From assembly GCF_963676475.2 (NCBI RefSeq), contig NZ_CAXXQZ010000001.1:875245-939244 (forward strand): a stretch of DNA of 64,000 nt. Reading direction: 5' to 3'. Below, piece after piece: positions 11,230-22,808 of the stretch. Made by a program: the position numbers and the translations under genes. Origin of the DNA: an uncultured Celeribacter sp. (GTDB lineage Bacteria > Pseudomonadota > Alphaproteobacteria > Rhodobacterales > Rhodobacteraceae). The first letter of the stretch is position 1; each line of letters starts with the position of its first letter. Under the pieces are notes generated by a model. The model saw only the letters and a program-made list of their open reading frames with translations. It did no database searches and was not told the DNA's origin.

Positions 11230-11952
11230 TTACTCCTCCGTTTTGACCAGCCGCAGCACCGGCTTTGCAGGGCGCGGGGGCTGCGTGGTGTCCTGCGTGT
11301 CAGAGGCAGTGGATTTGCTGTCCTCATAGGCCTTCTTGGCCTCGGCAAAACCGGCAGGCACCGGCGTACCTTTTTCCGTGGTCTCAAAACTCTGATCCGC
11401 CGGGTTGCCCAAGAGCGGGCGGGACTGGATATCCACCACTTCAAAGCGGCGCGGCTGGCGGCCGATTTCGCCTTTGGACTGAAGACAGCCCAACACGCGG
11501 TTCACATCGCCAAGATCGGATTTCAACGGGCAGAGCAAAAGCTGCGCATCCATCGCGCCGCGCCCGATGCCGCGTTCGGCTTTGAGCGTGATGACGGTGA
11601 TTTGCGGGGTCTCGAACACGGCTTCGAGCGCCTCGGAGAGTTTCGCGCGGCTTTCCGGCACGAACATCGCGGTCAGCGGCATGCCGCGCACTTCCATGCC
11701 CATAAGATCGGTCAGATGCATGCCAGCAAGGCGGAAACGGGCCACGCCGGGGGCGATGCGTTCGAGGATGAAGGCGAATTCCAGCGCGGACTGCATCCCA
11801 CGCGGATCGACCTCCGAGCGCGCCGGAACCGGGCGGCCATTGCGCAGGCCTTCCCAATAGGCCTCGACGGTTTTCAGCGCCGGGAAATGCATCTCACTGC
11901 GACGGGGCATGAGGGAGACGACGTTGGAACCACTGACATATTCAATTTTCAT
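11230..11952 (-). CDS. PAS-domain protein (PAS_5/DUF1457 type)
   Basis: YWEGLRNGRPVPARSEVDPRGM...RFRLAG...EVRGMPL pattern. Confidence 0.8.
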   Translation of the reverse strand: MKIEYVSGSNVVSLMPRRSEMHFPALKTVEAYWEGLRNGRPVPARSEVDPRGMQSALEFAFILERIAPGVARFRLAGMHLTDLMGMEVRGMPLTAMFVPESRAKLSEALEAVFETPQITVITLKAERGIGRGAMDAQLLLCPLKSDLGDVNRVLGCLQSKGEIGRQPRRFEVVDIQSRPLLGNPADQSFETTEKGTPVPAGFAEAKKAYEDSKSTASDTQDTTQPPRPAKPVLRLVKTEE

Positions 11953-12151
11953 CTCAACACCTATTCAACTGTGCGATCCGGGGCCCGTGCCGGGTCCTCA
12001 AGCGGGTCTTGTTATGGGGTCGGGCGGGCGTTCTGCCACTGGCGAAAAGGTCTTTGGACCTCTTTGTCTCCCGACGTTGCTTTGTGCGACGATCTCTCAT
12101 CGCTGGCTTGACCTGAATATGCCACGAGTTTGCCCAATTTGGTGGAAAAAC

Positions 12152-12167
12152 CTAACCAATGGTTAAC
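12152..12167. promoter_or_regulatory. Candidate CtrA box upstream of the PAS gene
   Basis: CTAA-N7-TTAAC, one mismatch to TTAA-N7-TTAAC. Confidence 0.4.
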
Positions 12168-12553
12168 ATCTCGCAACAAAGCTCTGAAAATCGAATGCAA
12201 CATCTTAGGGAAATCGAAAGGGTAACGGCTCTGACCAGATTTAATTTCATTATATATCAATGCATTAAACTTTCGACGTCAGAGATGATCCTTATCAGAG
12301 TTTTAACGTGACGCAGTTTTCTAAAATTTTACAGACCTCTCAAAAATCCGACAAAATCGGAAAGAGTGCGGCAAAGAGGGCAGAATTATGACGCCGCATC
12401 TGCGAAGTGAGTCTCTTTGAGGGGCACAAAAAGCCAGAGCTGCCACAATTGCAGCCCGCGCCGATACTGGTCATAGCTCCAGTGGACCGCTATAGACGTG
12501 GCAAGAGCGCCGCCATAGAGCCGTGGCATGCGCGAAACATGCGGAGGTCCAAC

Positions 12554-13216
12554 ATGCCAAGGTCAGACAGCTCAGCCGAACGGCGCGGTCTTCTCATTAT
12601 CCTGTCCTCACCTTCGGGGGCCGGGAAATCGACCTTGGCGCGGCGCTTGATGGCCTGGGACGAGACGCTGAGCTTTTCGGTCTCCGCCACGACACGCGCG
12701 CCACGCGCGGGCGAAGAGAATGGCGTGCATTATCATTTCGTCGACGAGTCGCGGTTCAAACAGATGGTCACCGAGGGCGAGATGCTTGAGCACGCCCATG
12801 TCTTCGGCAATTTCTACGGTTCGCCGGCCGCACCCGTGCGGGACGCGATCGAAGCCGGGCGCGATGTACTCTTTGATGTGGACTGGCAGGGCGCACAACA
12901 GATCTCGAATTCGGTGCTGCGCGATCACGTGCTGTCGATCTTCGTGCTGCCGCCCTCGATCAAGGAGCTGCGGCGTCGGTTGGAAACCCGCGGTCAGGAC
13001 AGTGCGGAGACCATCGGCAAACGGATGGAGAAAAGCTGGGATGAGATCAGCCATTGGGATGGCTATGATTATGTGCTGGTGAATGACGATCTTGAGCTCA
13101 GTTTCGAGCGCCTCAAGACGATCATCGCCGCCGAACGCCTGCGCCGGGTGCAACAACCCGGCCTCATGGGATTTGTGCGCGGGCTTCAGTCGGAATTCGA
13201 GGAGGTGGAAGGATGA
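12554..13216 (+). CDS. gmk: Guanylate kinase
   Basis: [19 protein letters not shown] and GNFYGSP motifs. Confidence 0.95.
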   Translation: MPRSDSSAERRGLLIILSSPSGAGKSTLARRLMAWDETLSFSVSATTRAPRAGEENGVHYHFVDESRFKQMVTEGEMLEHAHVFGNFYGSPAAPVRDAIEAGRDVLFDVDWQGAQQISNSVLRDHVLSIFVLPPSIKELRRRLETRGQDSAETIGKRMEKSWDEISHWDGYDYVLVNDDLELSFERLKTIIAAERLRRVQQPGLMGFVRGLQSEFEEVEG

Positions 13217-13743
13217 CGCTTTATTCTTTGGACGATCACGCGCCGGTCTTGCCGGAAAACGGCGACTATTGGGTCGCGCCGGACGCCAATGTCATCGGCA
13301 AGGTGATCCTGGAGGAGGGCGCCAACATCTGGTTCGGCGCCACGCTGCGGGGCGACAATGAGGCGATTGTCGTAGGCGAGGGCACGAATATTCAGGAAAA
13401 CACGGTCTGTCACACCGATATGGGCTATCCGCTGACCATCGGCGCGGGCTGTACCATCGGGCATAAGGCGATGCTGCATGGCTGTACCATCGGCGAGAAC
13501 ACCTTGATCGGTATGGGCGCGACGGTTTTGAATGGCGCCAAGATCGGCAAGAATTGCCTGATCGGGGCAGGGGCGTTGATCACGGAAGGCAAGGAGATCC
13601 CGAACGGCTCACTTGTGATGGGCAGCCCCGGACGTGTGGTGCGCGAATTGACCGAAGCGCAGATTGCGGGGCTCAAAGCCTCCGCGCTGCATTATCAGCA
13701 AAATGCACAACGGTTCCGGGATGGGTTGAAAGCGCTCGACTGA
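13213..13743 (+). CDS. Gamma carbonic anhydrase family (hexapeptide repeat) protein
   Basis: [22 protein letters not shown] motifs. Confidence 0.92.
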   Translation: MTLYSLDDHAPVLPENGDYWVAPDANVIGKVILEEGANIWFGATLRGDNEAIVVGEGTNIQENTVCHTDMGYPLTIGAGCTIGHKAMLHGCTIGENTLIGMGATVLNGAKIGKNCLIGAGALITEGKEIPNGSLVMGSPGRVVRELTEAQIAGLKASALHYQQNAQRFRDGLKALD

Positions 13744-13776
13744 GTTTGGACCGTTTCAATCGGCCTTAGTGTGTAC

Positions 13777-14223
13777 TCAGTGCAACGAGGTATGGACGAG
13801 AACGGGTTCCGGGCTGAGCATATCGAAATCCAGCCGCGGGAACTGGCCACACACCTCGTTTCGCACGATGTCAGGCCGCGGCAGGCCTTTGGTGATCGCC
13901 CGAAACGCGCCCTTATACTCCACGTGATGCAGAAAGGCCGCCAGATCGAGACAATCGAAATGGTCCGTCATCACGGGCGCCACGACACTGTCGGGGTTGA
14001 TGCTGTGCAGGATATCTGCAGTGAGATCGGAAAATTCTATGAAAAACACACCGGTACGCTCCGGAAAGTGTCGCTTCAGCGTTTGCATGCGCTGAGGTTC
14101 ACCCACCATCAGGATCATACCCTTGGGTTTGCTCTGCGCTCTGTCGAGATGCGCAAGGAGGTCGCCGAATATATTTTGACTTATGGTTCCCATGGTGGGG
14201 CGGGTTCCCATCTTTTTCCTCAT
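13777..14223 (-). CDS. Hypothetical protein with a receiver-like alpha/beta fold (Rhodobacteraceae type)
   Basis: Plausible ORF with PDSVVAPV...FDCLDLA...YKGAFRA...LPRPDIV pattern; start uncertain. Confidence 0.55.
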   Translation of the reverse strand: MRKKMGTRPTMGTISQNIFGDLLAHLDRAQSKPKGMILMVGEPQRMQTLKRHFPERTGVFFIEFSDLTADILHSINPDSVVAPVMTDHFDCLDLAAFLHHVEYKGAFRAITKGLPRPDIVRNEVCGQFPRLDFDMLSPEPVLVHTSLH

Positions 14224-14347
14224 TCCACTTTCGAGGAAACGGGTAAAGTATCGAAAATGCAATAATATTTTTGCTGAAAACAAAAAAATTCGCAAAATGA
14301 AAATCTTTCGGCGGCTTTTACAGCGCTCTTGTCATCCTGCCTTGCAC

Positions 14348-14369
14348 TTGTCATGAGAGAGTTACATCA
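14348..14369 (+). promoter_or_regulatory. Candidate Pho box upstream of phoR
   Basis: TTGTCAT-gaga-GAGTTAC, 11-bp spaced half-sites. Confidence 0.4.
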
Positions 14370-14402
14370 CGGCGCTACATAGCCGCGAAATTTGGACAAG
14401 CC

Positions 14403-15470
14403 ATGTACAAGAGTTTGAAACGGGTCGGACACGGCGAGGAGATGATGAAGGCGATGGCGGATGCCATGCCTTTGCCCGTTGTCGTGATCGGACGCGACGA
14501 ACGGATCATGGCCGCCAATGCGCCCGCCCGACATCTGTTCAACGAGGCGATGGTGGGGCGTCATTATATTACGGTGCTGCGCCAGCCGATGCTTCTGGAT
14601 GCGATCGAGAATGTACTACGGTTGTCCGAACCCGCCGAAGCGATTTACCGCATCACCGAAAGCCAGCGCGATCTGGTCTATGACGTGGTGCTGCGCCCGG
14701 TGATCGTCGAGGATTTTGCCTGTGTCACGGTGGCCTTCGAGGACAAGACGGAGCTGCACGAAGCGGGTCAGATGCGCCGCGATTTCGTCGCCAACGTGAG
14801 CCACGAGCTGCGTACGCCTTTGACGGCTGTCTTGGGCTTCATCGAAACGCTCTTGGGACCCGCCGCCGACGATGGCGTCGCGCGCAAGCGGTTTCTCGAA
14901 ATCATGGACCGCGAGGCGCAGCGGATGAACCGCATCGTCGGCGATCTTTTGTCGCTGTCGCGCGTTGAGGCGGAGCGCCGGGTGCGTCCGACCGACCGGG
15001 TCGATATCCCCGCCATTCTGCGCTCTGTTGTCAGCAGCCTTCAGCCGGTGGCCGAGGCGCAGCGGGTCAAATTGATCCTCGAAGGGGCCGATGGGTCCGA
15101 AGAGGTGCCGGGCGATCACGATCAGCTCACCCAGGTCTTTACCAACCTGATTGAAAACGCCGTGAAATACGGCGGGCGCGACAAGGAAGTTCATATTTGT
15201 CTGACCTCGCACACGGTGGAACCGACAATGCGCAGCTCAGCGATCCGGGTCGATGTCTCGGATCAGGGGGAGGGAATCGCCACGCAACATATTCCGCGCC
15301 TCACAGAGCGATTCTACCGCGTGGATTCGCACCGCTCGCGCGAAATGGGCGGAACAGGTCTTGGGCTGGCGATTGTGAAGCATATTCTCAACCGCCACCG
15401 CGGGCGTTTGCGGGTCGAAAGCCACACGGGGCAGGGCAGCTGTTTTTCTGTCATCTTGCCCTATGAATAA
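14403..15470 (+). CDS. phoR: Phosphate regulon sensor histidine kinase
   Basis: PAS domain, DFVANVSHELRTPLT H-box, RFYRVD...GGTGLGLAIVKH; precedes the pst operon. Confidence 0.9.
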   Translation: MYKSLKRVGHGEEMMKAMADAMPLPVVVIGRDERIMAANAPARHLFNEAMVGRHYITVLRQPMLLDAIENVLRLSEPAEAIYRITESQRDLVYDVVLRPVIVEDFACVTVAFEDKTELHEAGQMRRDFVANVSHELRTPLTAVLGFIETLLGPAADDGVARKRFLEIMDREAQRMNRIVGDLLSLSRVEAERRVRPTDRVDIPAILRSVVSSLQPVAEAQRVKLILEGADGSEEVPGDHDQLTQVFTNLIENAVKYGGRDKEVHICLTSHTVEPTMRSSAIRVDVSDQGEGIATQHIPRLTERFYRVDSHRSREMGGTGLGLAIVKHILNRHRGRLRVESHTGQGSCFSVILPYE

Positions 15471-15651
15471 AACGCGCTGAAACGCCGGATTGATGTCGTA
15501 TATACGGCGCAGATGTCGCAGGGACAGGGGTTAACACCCTGTCACAGTTCTTAATTTCCCATCACAAAAGCCCCGAAAACCGCCGGTTTTCAGGCGTTTT
15601 CGGCGAAAAACCATGGGCAAATCGGCAAGATGTCTAGGAATTTGGCCCGAT

Positions 15652-15684
15652 CCGTCACGAAACTGTTACATTACTTTCACAAAA
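15652..15684 (+). promoter_or_regulatory. Pho box (three 11-bp direct repeats) upstream of pstS
   Basis: CCGTCACgaaa-CTGTTACatta-CTTTCACaaaa versus consensus CTGTCAT-N4. Confidence 0.75.
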
Positions 15685-15760
15685 GCATTGCACCACGATC
15701 CTAAACCGCCTCCCGAGGGAGCAATACCGCTCTCGGACATAAGCAAATTCAGGAGCAACC

Positions 15761-16792
15761 ATGTCCTTTGTGAAACTGACCGCTTCCGCGATCGCGATCG
15801 CTGCCGTCTCTGCCACTGCCGCCTCTGCCCGTGATCAGGTACAAGTCGCCGGGTCTTCCACCGTTCTTCCCTATGCCTCCATCGTTGCTGAAGCCTTCGG
15901 TGAAAACTTTGACTTCCCGACCCCGGTTGTGGAATCCGGTGGGTCTTCTGCTGGCCTCAAACGCTTCTGCGAAGGTGTTGGCGAAAACACCATCGACGTG
16001 GCCAACGCGTCCCGCAAAATCAAAGACAAAGAGATCGCGGCCTGTGCCGAAGCTGGCGTGACCGACATCATCGAAGTCCGCATCGGTTACGATGGCATCG
16101 TGTTCGCCTCGCAACTGAACGGCCCGGCCTTCACCGCCTTCGAGCCGGCTGACATCTTCAACGCTCTGGGCGCCAAAGTCCTGAAAGACGGCGAGCTGGT
16201 CGACAACAGCTACGCTCAGTGGTCCGAATTCAACGCCGATCTGCCGGCGGCTGACATCATGGCCTTCATCCCGGGCACCAAGCACGGCACCCGTGAAGTC
16301 TTCGAAGAAAAAGTTCTGATCGCTGGTTGTGAAGCCACCGGCGCCATGGAAGCCATGATCGCTTCCGGCATGTCCGAAGACGACGCAGAAGACGCCTGTA
16401 TGGCTGTCCGCACCGACGGCAAATCCGTGGACATCGACGGCGACTACACCGAGACCCTCGCGTCTATCGACGCCAACCCGAACGGCATCGGCGTCTTCGG
16501 TCTCGCGTTCTACGAAAACAACACCGACAAGCTGAAAACCGCGACCATGTCCGGCGTTGAAGCCACCACCGAGACCATTGCCTCCGGCGACTACCCGGTC
16601 TCCCGCCCGCTGTTCTTCTACGTGAAGAAAGCCCACATCGGCGTGATCCCGGGTCTGAAAGAATATGCTGAGTTCTTCATCTCCGACGACATGGCTGGCC
16701 CGGACGGCCCGCTCGCCGAATACGGCCTCGTGTCCGACCCGGAACTGGCCTCGACCCAAGCGGCCATCGAAGCTGAAGACACCATGCAGTAA
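15761..16792 (+). CDS. pstS: Phosphate ABC substrate-binding protein
   Basis: AGSSTVLP, ESGGSSAG and YPVSRPLFFY motifs. Confidence 0.93.
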   Translation: MSFVKLTASAIAIAAVSATAASARDQVQVAGSSTVLPYASIVAEAFGENFDFPTPVVESGGSSAGLKRFCEGVGENTIDVANASRKIKDKEIAACAEAGVTDIIEVRIGYDGIVFASQLNGPAFTAFEPADIFNALGAKVLKDGELVDNSYAQWSEFNADLPAADIMAFIPGTKHGTREVFEEKVLIAGCEATGAMEAMIASGMSEDDAEDACMAVRTDGKSVDIDGDYTETLASIDANPNGIGVFGLAFYENNTDKLKTATMSGVEATTETIASGDYPVSRPLFFYVKKAHIGVIPGLKEYAEFFISDDMAGPDGPLAEYGLVSDPELASTQAAIEAEDTMQ

Positions 16793-16929
16793 GCCTTTAG
16801 GCTTGAGACACATCGAGGCGGCGCGGAGATTTTCGCGCCGCTTCTCTCGCCGGGGCGCCGTCCCGCGACTTTAAATTTCCAGCCTCCGGACCCTGACCTG
16901 ATCACAGGAGTCCCGCAAAGGAGCGGCCC

Positions 16930-18395
<1,466 letters not shown>

Positions 18396-18396
<1 letters not shown>

Positions 18397-19754
18397 TGTC
18401 CGATTTCACCGCTGATAATGGCCCCGCAAAGGGGGACGCCAAGTCGTCTCTCTTTCACGAGACCACGCGCACCAAACGCCGCAACGCCGCCGAGACCCGG
18501 TTCAAAGCCTATGGCATCGCCGCCATCGCCACGGGCCTGTTCTTTCTGGTCGCGCTTTTGGTCGCCATTCTGGGCAACGGCTTGCCGGCCTTCAAACAGA
18601 CCTTTGTCACCATTCCGGTGGAGTTGACCGAGGCGAAACTCGACAAGAACGGCAACCGCGATCCCGAGGACCTCGCGAAGGTCTCGACCTTTGGCTACAA
18701 ACCGGTGGTCACCGCTGCGCTGGTCTCCGCACTCAAGGCCGAGGGGATCGAAATTCCCTTTGCCAAGGAGAAAGACGTTGAGGACATCCTGTCGGCCTCT
18801 GTCGCCGCTCAGGTGCGGGACACGGTGCTGGCGAACCCCGATCTGATCGGTGAGACGGTTGATTTCCGCCTTCTGGCCTCGTCCCGTGTGGATGGCTATT
18901 TCAAAGGTCGCGTGACCCGTGACGCTTTGGTTCGTGACAAGAACCTCGATGCCGAACACCTCGACATCGCCGATGCGATGGTCGCCGCCGGCCTGATGGA
19001 CACCACTTTCAACGCCGATTTCATCTTTGGGGCCGATGCTTCCGAGAGTCGTCCTGAACAGGCCGGGATCGGGGTGTCGATGGTGGGCTCTTTGTTCATG
19101 ATGATCGTGGTGCTGGCTCTGGCGCTGCCGATCGGTGTGGCCGCCTCGATCTACCTCGAAGAATTCGCGCCGCAGAACAGATGGACCGATCTCATTGAGG
19201 TGAACATCTCGAACCTCGCCGCTGTGCCTTCCATCGTCTTCGGTATTCTGGGCCTTGCGGTGTTTATCCAGATCGCGCATCTGCCGCAGTCTGCGCCGCT
19301 CGTCGGTGGTCTGGTGCTGACGCTCATGACGCTGCCGACGATCATCATCTCGACGCGGGCATCTTTGAAAGCTGTGCCGCCCTCGATCCGCGATGCGGCT
19401 CTGGGCGTGGGCGCCTCGAAAATGCAGTCGGTGTTCCACCATGTGCTGCCCTTGGCCATGCCGGGCATCCTGACGGGGACCATCATCGGTCTGGCGCAGG
19501 CCCTGGGCGAAACCGCGCCGCTTCTCTTGATCGGTATGGTGGGCTTTATCGCCTCCAACATGCCCGATGGAATTGCCTCTGGCTTTCTCGACCCGAACTC
19601 CGCCATGCCCGCGCAGATTTACGAATGGGCAAAACGTGCCGATCCGGCCTATTATGAGCGCGCCTGGGGCGGCATCATCATCCTTCTTGTGTTCCTGATG
19701 ACGATGAACATCATCGCCGTCCTCCTGCGCCGCCGCTTTGAGCGCCGTTGGTAA
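18396..19754 (+). CDS. pstA: Phosphate ABC permease
   Basis: [11 protein letters not shown] and [10 protein letters not shown] motifs. Confidence 0.93.
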
Positions 19755-19771
19755 GAGTTGAGGTTAGACCT

Positions 19772-20569
19772 ATGAACGATATGCGAATTGTGAGAAAAGA
19801 CGTGGACATGAACGACACCAAAATCTCGGCCCAAAAAGTGCAGGTTTTCTACGGCGACACCCATGCCATCAAAGACGTGGATGTCGAGATCAAGGACAAG
19901 ACCGTCACCGCCTTCATCGGTCCGTCGGGCTGTGGCAAGTCCACCTTCCTGCGCTGTCTGAACCGGATGAACGACACGATTGACGTGTGCCGGGTTGAGG
20001 GGAATATCCTTCTGGACGGCGAAGACATCTACGACAAACGCGTCGATCCGGTGCAGTTGCGCGCCAAAGTCGGCATGGTGTTCCAGCGTCCGAACCCGTT
20101 CCCGAAGTCGATCTACGACAACATCGCTTACGGGCCGCGCATCCACGGTCTGGCGAAAAACAAAGCCGATCTGGACGATATCGTCGAAAAGGCGCTCCGC
20201 CGGGGTGCGATCTGGGACGAGGTCAAAGACCGTCTCGATGCGCCGGGCACCGGTCTCTCGGGCGGTCAGCAACAGCGTCTCTGTATCGCCCGCGCCGTGG
20301 CGACCGAGCCGGAAGTGTTGTTGATGGACGAGCCCTGTTCCGCGCTCGACCCGATTGCCACCCTGCAAGTCGAGGAGCTGATTGACGAGCTGCGCGAGAA
20401 TTTCTCCGTCGTCATCGTCACCCACTCGATGCAACAGGCCGCCCGCGTCAGCCAAAAAACCGCGTTTTTCCACTTGGGCAACCTCGTGGAATATGGCGAT
20501 ACGGAACAGATTTTCACCAACCCGCAAGATGAGCGCACCGAGAGCTACATCACCGGTCGGATTGGCTAA
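19772..20569 (+). CDS. pstB: Phosphate ABC ATPase
   Basis: [28 protein letters not shown]; ends YITGRIG. Confidence 0.95.
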   Translation: MNDMRIVRKDVDMNDTKISAQKVQVFYGDTHAIKDVDVEIKDKTVTAFIGPSGCGKSTFLRCLNRMNDTIDVCRVEGNILLDGEDIYDKRVDPVQLRAKVGMVFQRPNPFPKSIYDNIAYGPRIHGLAKNKADLDDIVEKALRRGAIWDEVKDRLDAPGTGLSGGQQQRLCIARAVATEPEVLLMDEPCSALDPIATLQVEELIDELRENFSVVIVTHSMQQAARVSQKTAFFHLGNLVEYGDTEQIFTNPQDERTESYITGRIG

Positions 20570-20580
20570 GGAGAGATTTC

Positions 20581-21306
20581 ATGCATAACGATAACAAACA
20601 TATCGCCTCGGCGTTTGATCGTGATCTCGAAGCCATCCAGGCGATGATCATGAAGATGGGCGGTCTCGTTGAGGTCGCGATCAAGGATGCCGCTCAGGCG
20701 CTCGAAGAGCGTGACGTGGAGCTGTCGGAAAAGGTTCGTGTCTCGGATCTGGCCATCGACAAGCTCGAGGAAGACGTGAACGAAGAAGCCGCACGCCTTA
20801 TCGCGCTGCGCTCGCCGACCGCGTCCGACCTTCGCACGGTTCTGACCGTGATGAAGATCTCCACAAACCTCGAACGCTGTGGCGATTACGCCAAGAACCT
20901 CGCGAAACGCACGGGCGTTCTGGTCAACATGACACCGATTGAGGGTGCCGCGCCCTCGATCCGCCGCATGGCGCGCGAGGTCGAGGAAATGCTGCGTCTC
21001 GCACTCGATGCTTATATCCAACGTGATGCAGGGCTCGCCAACGAAGTCCGCCATCGCGATCTCGACGTCGATCAGATGTACAACGCGCTGTTCCGTGAAT
21101 TCCTCACCTACATGATGGAAGACCCGCGCAACATCACCGCCTGTATGCACCTGCATTTCATCGCCAAGAACATCGAGCGCATGGGCGATCATGCCACCTC
21201 GATTGCCGAACAGGTGATCTATCTGACCACAGGCGAGATGCCTGAGGATGCGCGCCCGAAAGGCGATGTCACCTCGCAAACCGCTCTGGGGGCGGAGGAA
21301 GCCTGA
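20581..21306 (+). CDS. phoU: Phosphate signalling protein PhoU
   Basis: LERCGDYA and IERMGDHA repeats. Confidence 0.95.
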   Translation: MHNDNKHIASAFDRDLEAIQAMIMKMGGLVEVAIKDAAQALEERDVELSEKVRVSDLAIDKLEEDVNEEAARLIALRSPTASDLRTVLTVMKISTNLERCGDYAKNLAKRTGVLVNMTPIEGAAPSIRRMAREVEEMLRLALDAYIQRDAGLANEVRHRDLDVDQMYNALFREFLTYMMEDPRNITACMHLHFIAKNIERMGDHATSIAEQVIYLTTGEMPEDARPKGDVTSQTALGAEEA

Positions 21307-21995
21307 TGTCTGCCGATCAACCTCGTGTTCTCGTGGTCGAGGACGAACCCGCCCAGCGGGAAGTCCTCGCCTATAATCTCGAAGCCGAAGGGTTTGCCGT
21401 CTCCAAGGCTGAAAACGGCGACGATGCACTTTTGTATGTCGACGAAGACAGCCCGGACATCATCGTCCTCGACTGGATGCTGCCTGGGGTCTCCGGCATC
21501 GAGATTTGTCGGCGTCTGAAAACCCGGCCCGACACGCGCGAAATCCCGATCATTATGCTCTCGGCCCGTTCCGAAGAGGTGGACCGGGTGCGCGGCCTTG
21601 AGACCGGCGCGGATGACTACGTGGTGAAACCTTACTCCGTGATCGAGCTGATGGCCCGCGTGCGCACGCAATTGCGCCGCGTGCGTCCGGCCTCGACCGG
21701 GCAGGTGCTTGAATTCGAAGACATTCGTCTGGATTCCGAGACCCACCGCGTCACACGTGGCGACGACTCCCTGAAACTCGGACCGACGGAATTCCGTCTT
21801 TTGTCCACCTTCATGGAAAAGCCGGGCCGGGTCTGGTCGCGCGAGCAATTGCTCGACCGCGTCTGGGGCCGCGACATCTATGTCGACACCCGCACCGTGG
21901 ATGTCCACATCGGTCGGTTGCGCAAAGCGCTGTGTCAACATGGCGGGCAAGATCCGGTGCGCACGGTGCGCGGCGCGGGCTACGCTCTGGGCTAA
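21306..21995 (+). CDS. phoB: Phosphate regulon response regulator
   Basis: Receiver plus OmpR wHTH; LDWMLP, GPTEFRLL, RTVDVHIGRLRK. Confidence 0.95.
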   Translation: MSADQPRVLVVEDEPAQREVLAYNLEAEGFAVSKAENGDDALLYVDEDSPDIIVLDWMLPGVSGIEICRRLKTRPDTREIPIIMLSARSEEVDRVRGLETGADDYVVKPYSVIELMARVRTQLRRVRPASTGQVLEFEDIRLDSETHRVTRGDDSLKLGPTEFRLLSTFMEKPGRVWSREQLLDRVWGRDIYVDTRTVDVHIGRLRKALCQHGGQDPVRTVRGAGYALG

Positions 21996-22140
21996 GCCCA
22001 AATCACAAGATCATAAAATGCGCCAAGCTCCTCAGCTTTCGGCGCATTTTCGCATTTCCATAAGTGAGTGGCGCACCACGGCTTGCCGAGCTCTTGAAAT
22101 ATATGCTCAAATCATTTGAGCAAATTTTCAGAGGGCGCAT

Positions 22141-22806
22141 ATGTCAGAAATTTTCACCAAGGAACCGGCGCATCTGCGGACCTATCGCGGCATTCGGGAT
22201 TTGATCCTCTCGGGAGATCTGGTGCCGGGGGAGCCGGTGACGATCCAGGGTCTGACTGATCGTCTCGACGCGGGCATGACCCCAGTGCGCGAGGCGATCA
22301 GGCGGCTGACCTCCGAAGGCGCCTTGGTGTTTCACGGCAACCGCCGCGTGACCGTGCCGGTGTTGAGCCTCTCGGAGGTGGATGAGCTGATCTTTGCCCG
22401 TCTGGCTTTGGAACCCGAACTTGCAAAACGCGGGGCGGAGCAGATGAGCGAGGCGGAGATCGCAGCGCTCACTCTGGTGGACGGCGAGATCGACGAGGCC
22501 ATGCGCAAGGGCGACATGCGCGGTTACATGATCCACAACCACCGCTTTCACATGCTGCTCTACCGCGCCGCCCATACCGATGTCATCGGCCCCATGGTCG
22601 ACACGCTTTGGCTCCGTTCCGGCCCTGCGCTTCGGGTGATGTGCACACGGTTCGGCTCGCAAAACCTGCCCGACATGCATCAGGTCGCGATCAAGGCGCT
22701 GCGCGCGGGCGACGGTGACGGCGTGGCCGAGGCCATCCGTCGCGACATCCTGCAAGGCATGGAAAACATCCGCGCCATCGTCGCCGAAGGCGCGGAAGAC
22801 GCGTAA
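22141..22806 (+). CDS. GntR/FCD transcriptional regulator
   Basis: GMTPVREAIRRL wHTH plus FCD domain. Confidence 0.9.
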   Translation: MSEIFTKEPAHLRTYRGIRDLILSGDLVPGEPVTIQGLTDRLDAGMTPVREAIRRLTSEGALVFHGNRRVTVPVLSLSEVDELIFARLALEPELAKRGAEQMSEAEIAALTLVDGEIDEAMRKGDMRGYMIHNHRFHMLLYRAAHTDVIGPMVDTLWLRSGPALRVMCTRFGSQNLPDMHQVAIKALRAGDGDGVAEAIRRDILQGMENIRAIVAEGAEDA

Positions 22807-22808
22807 AC

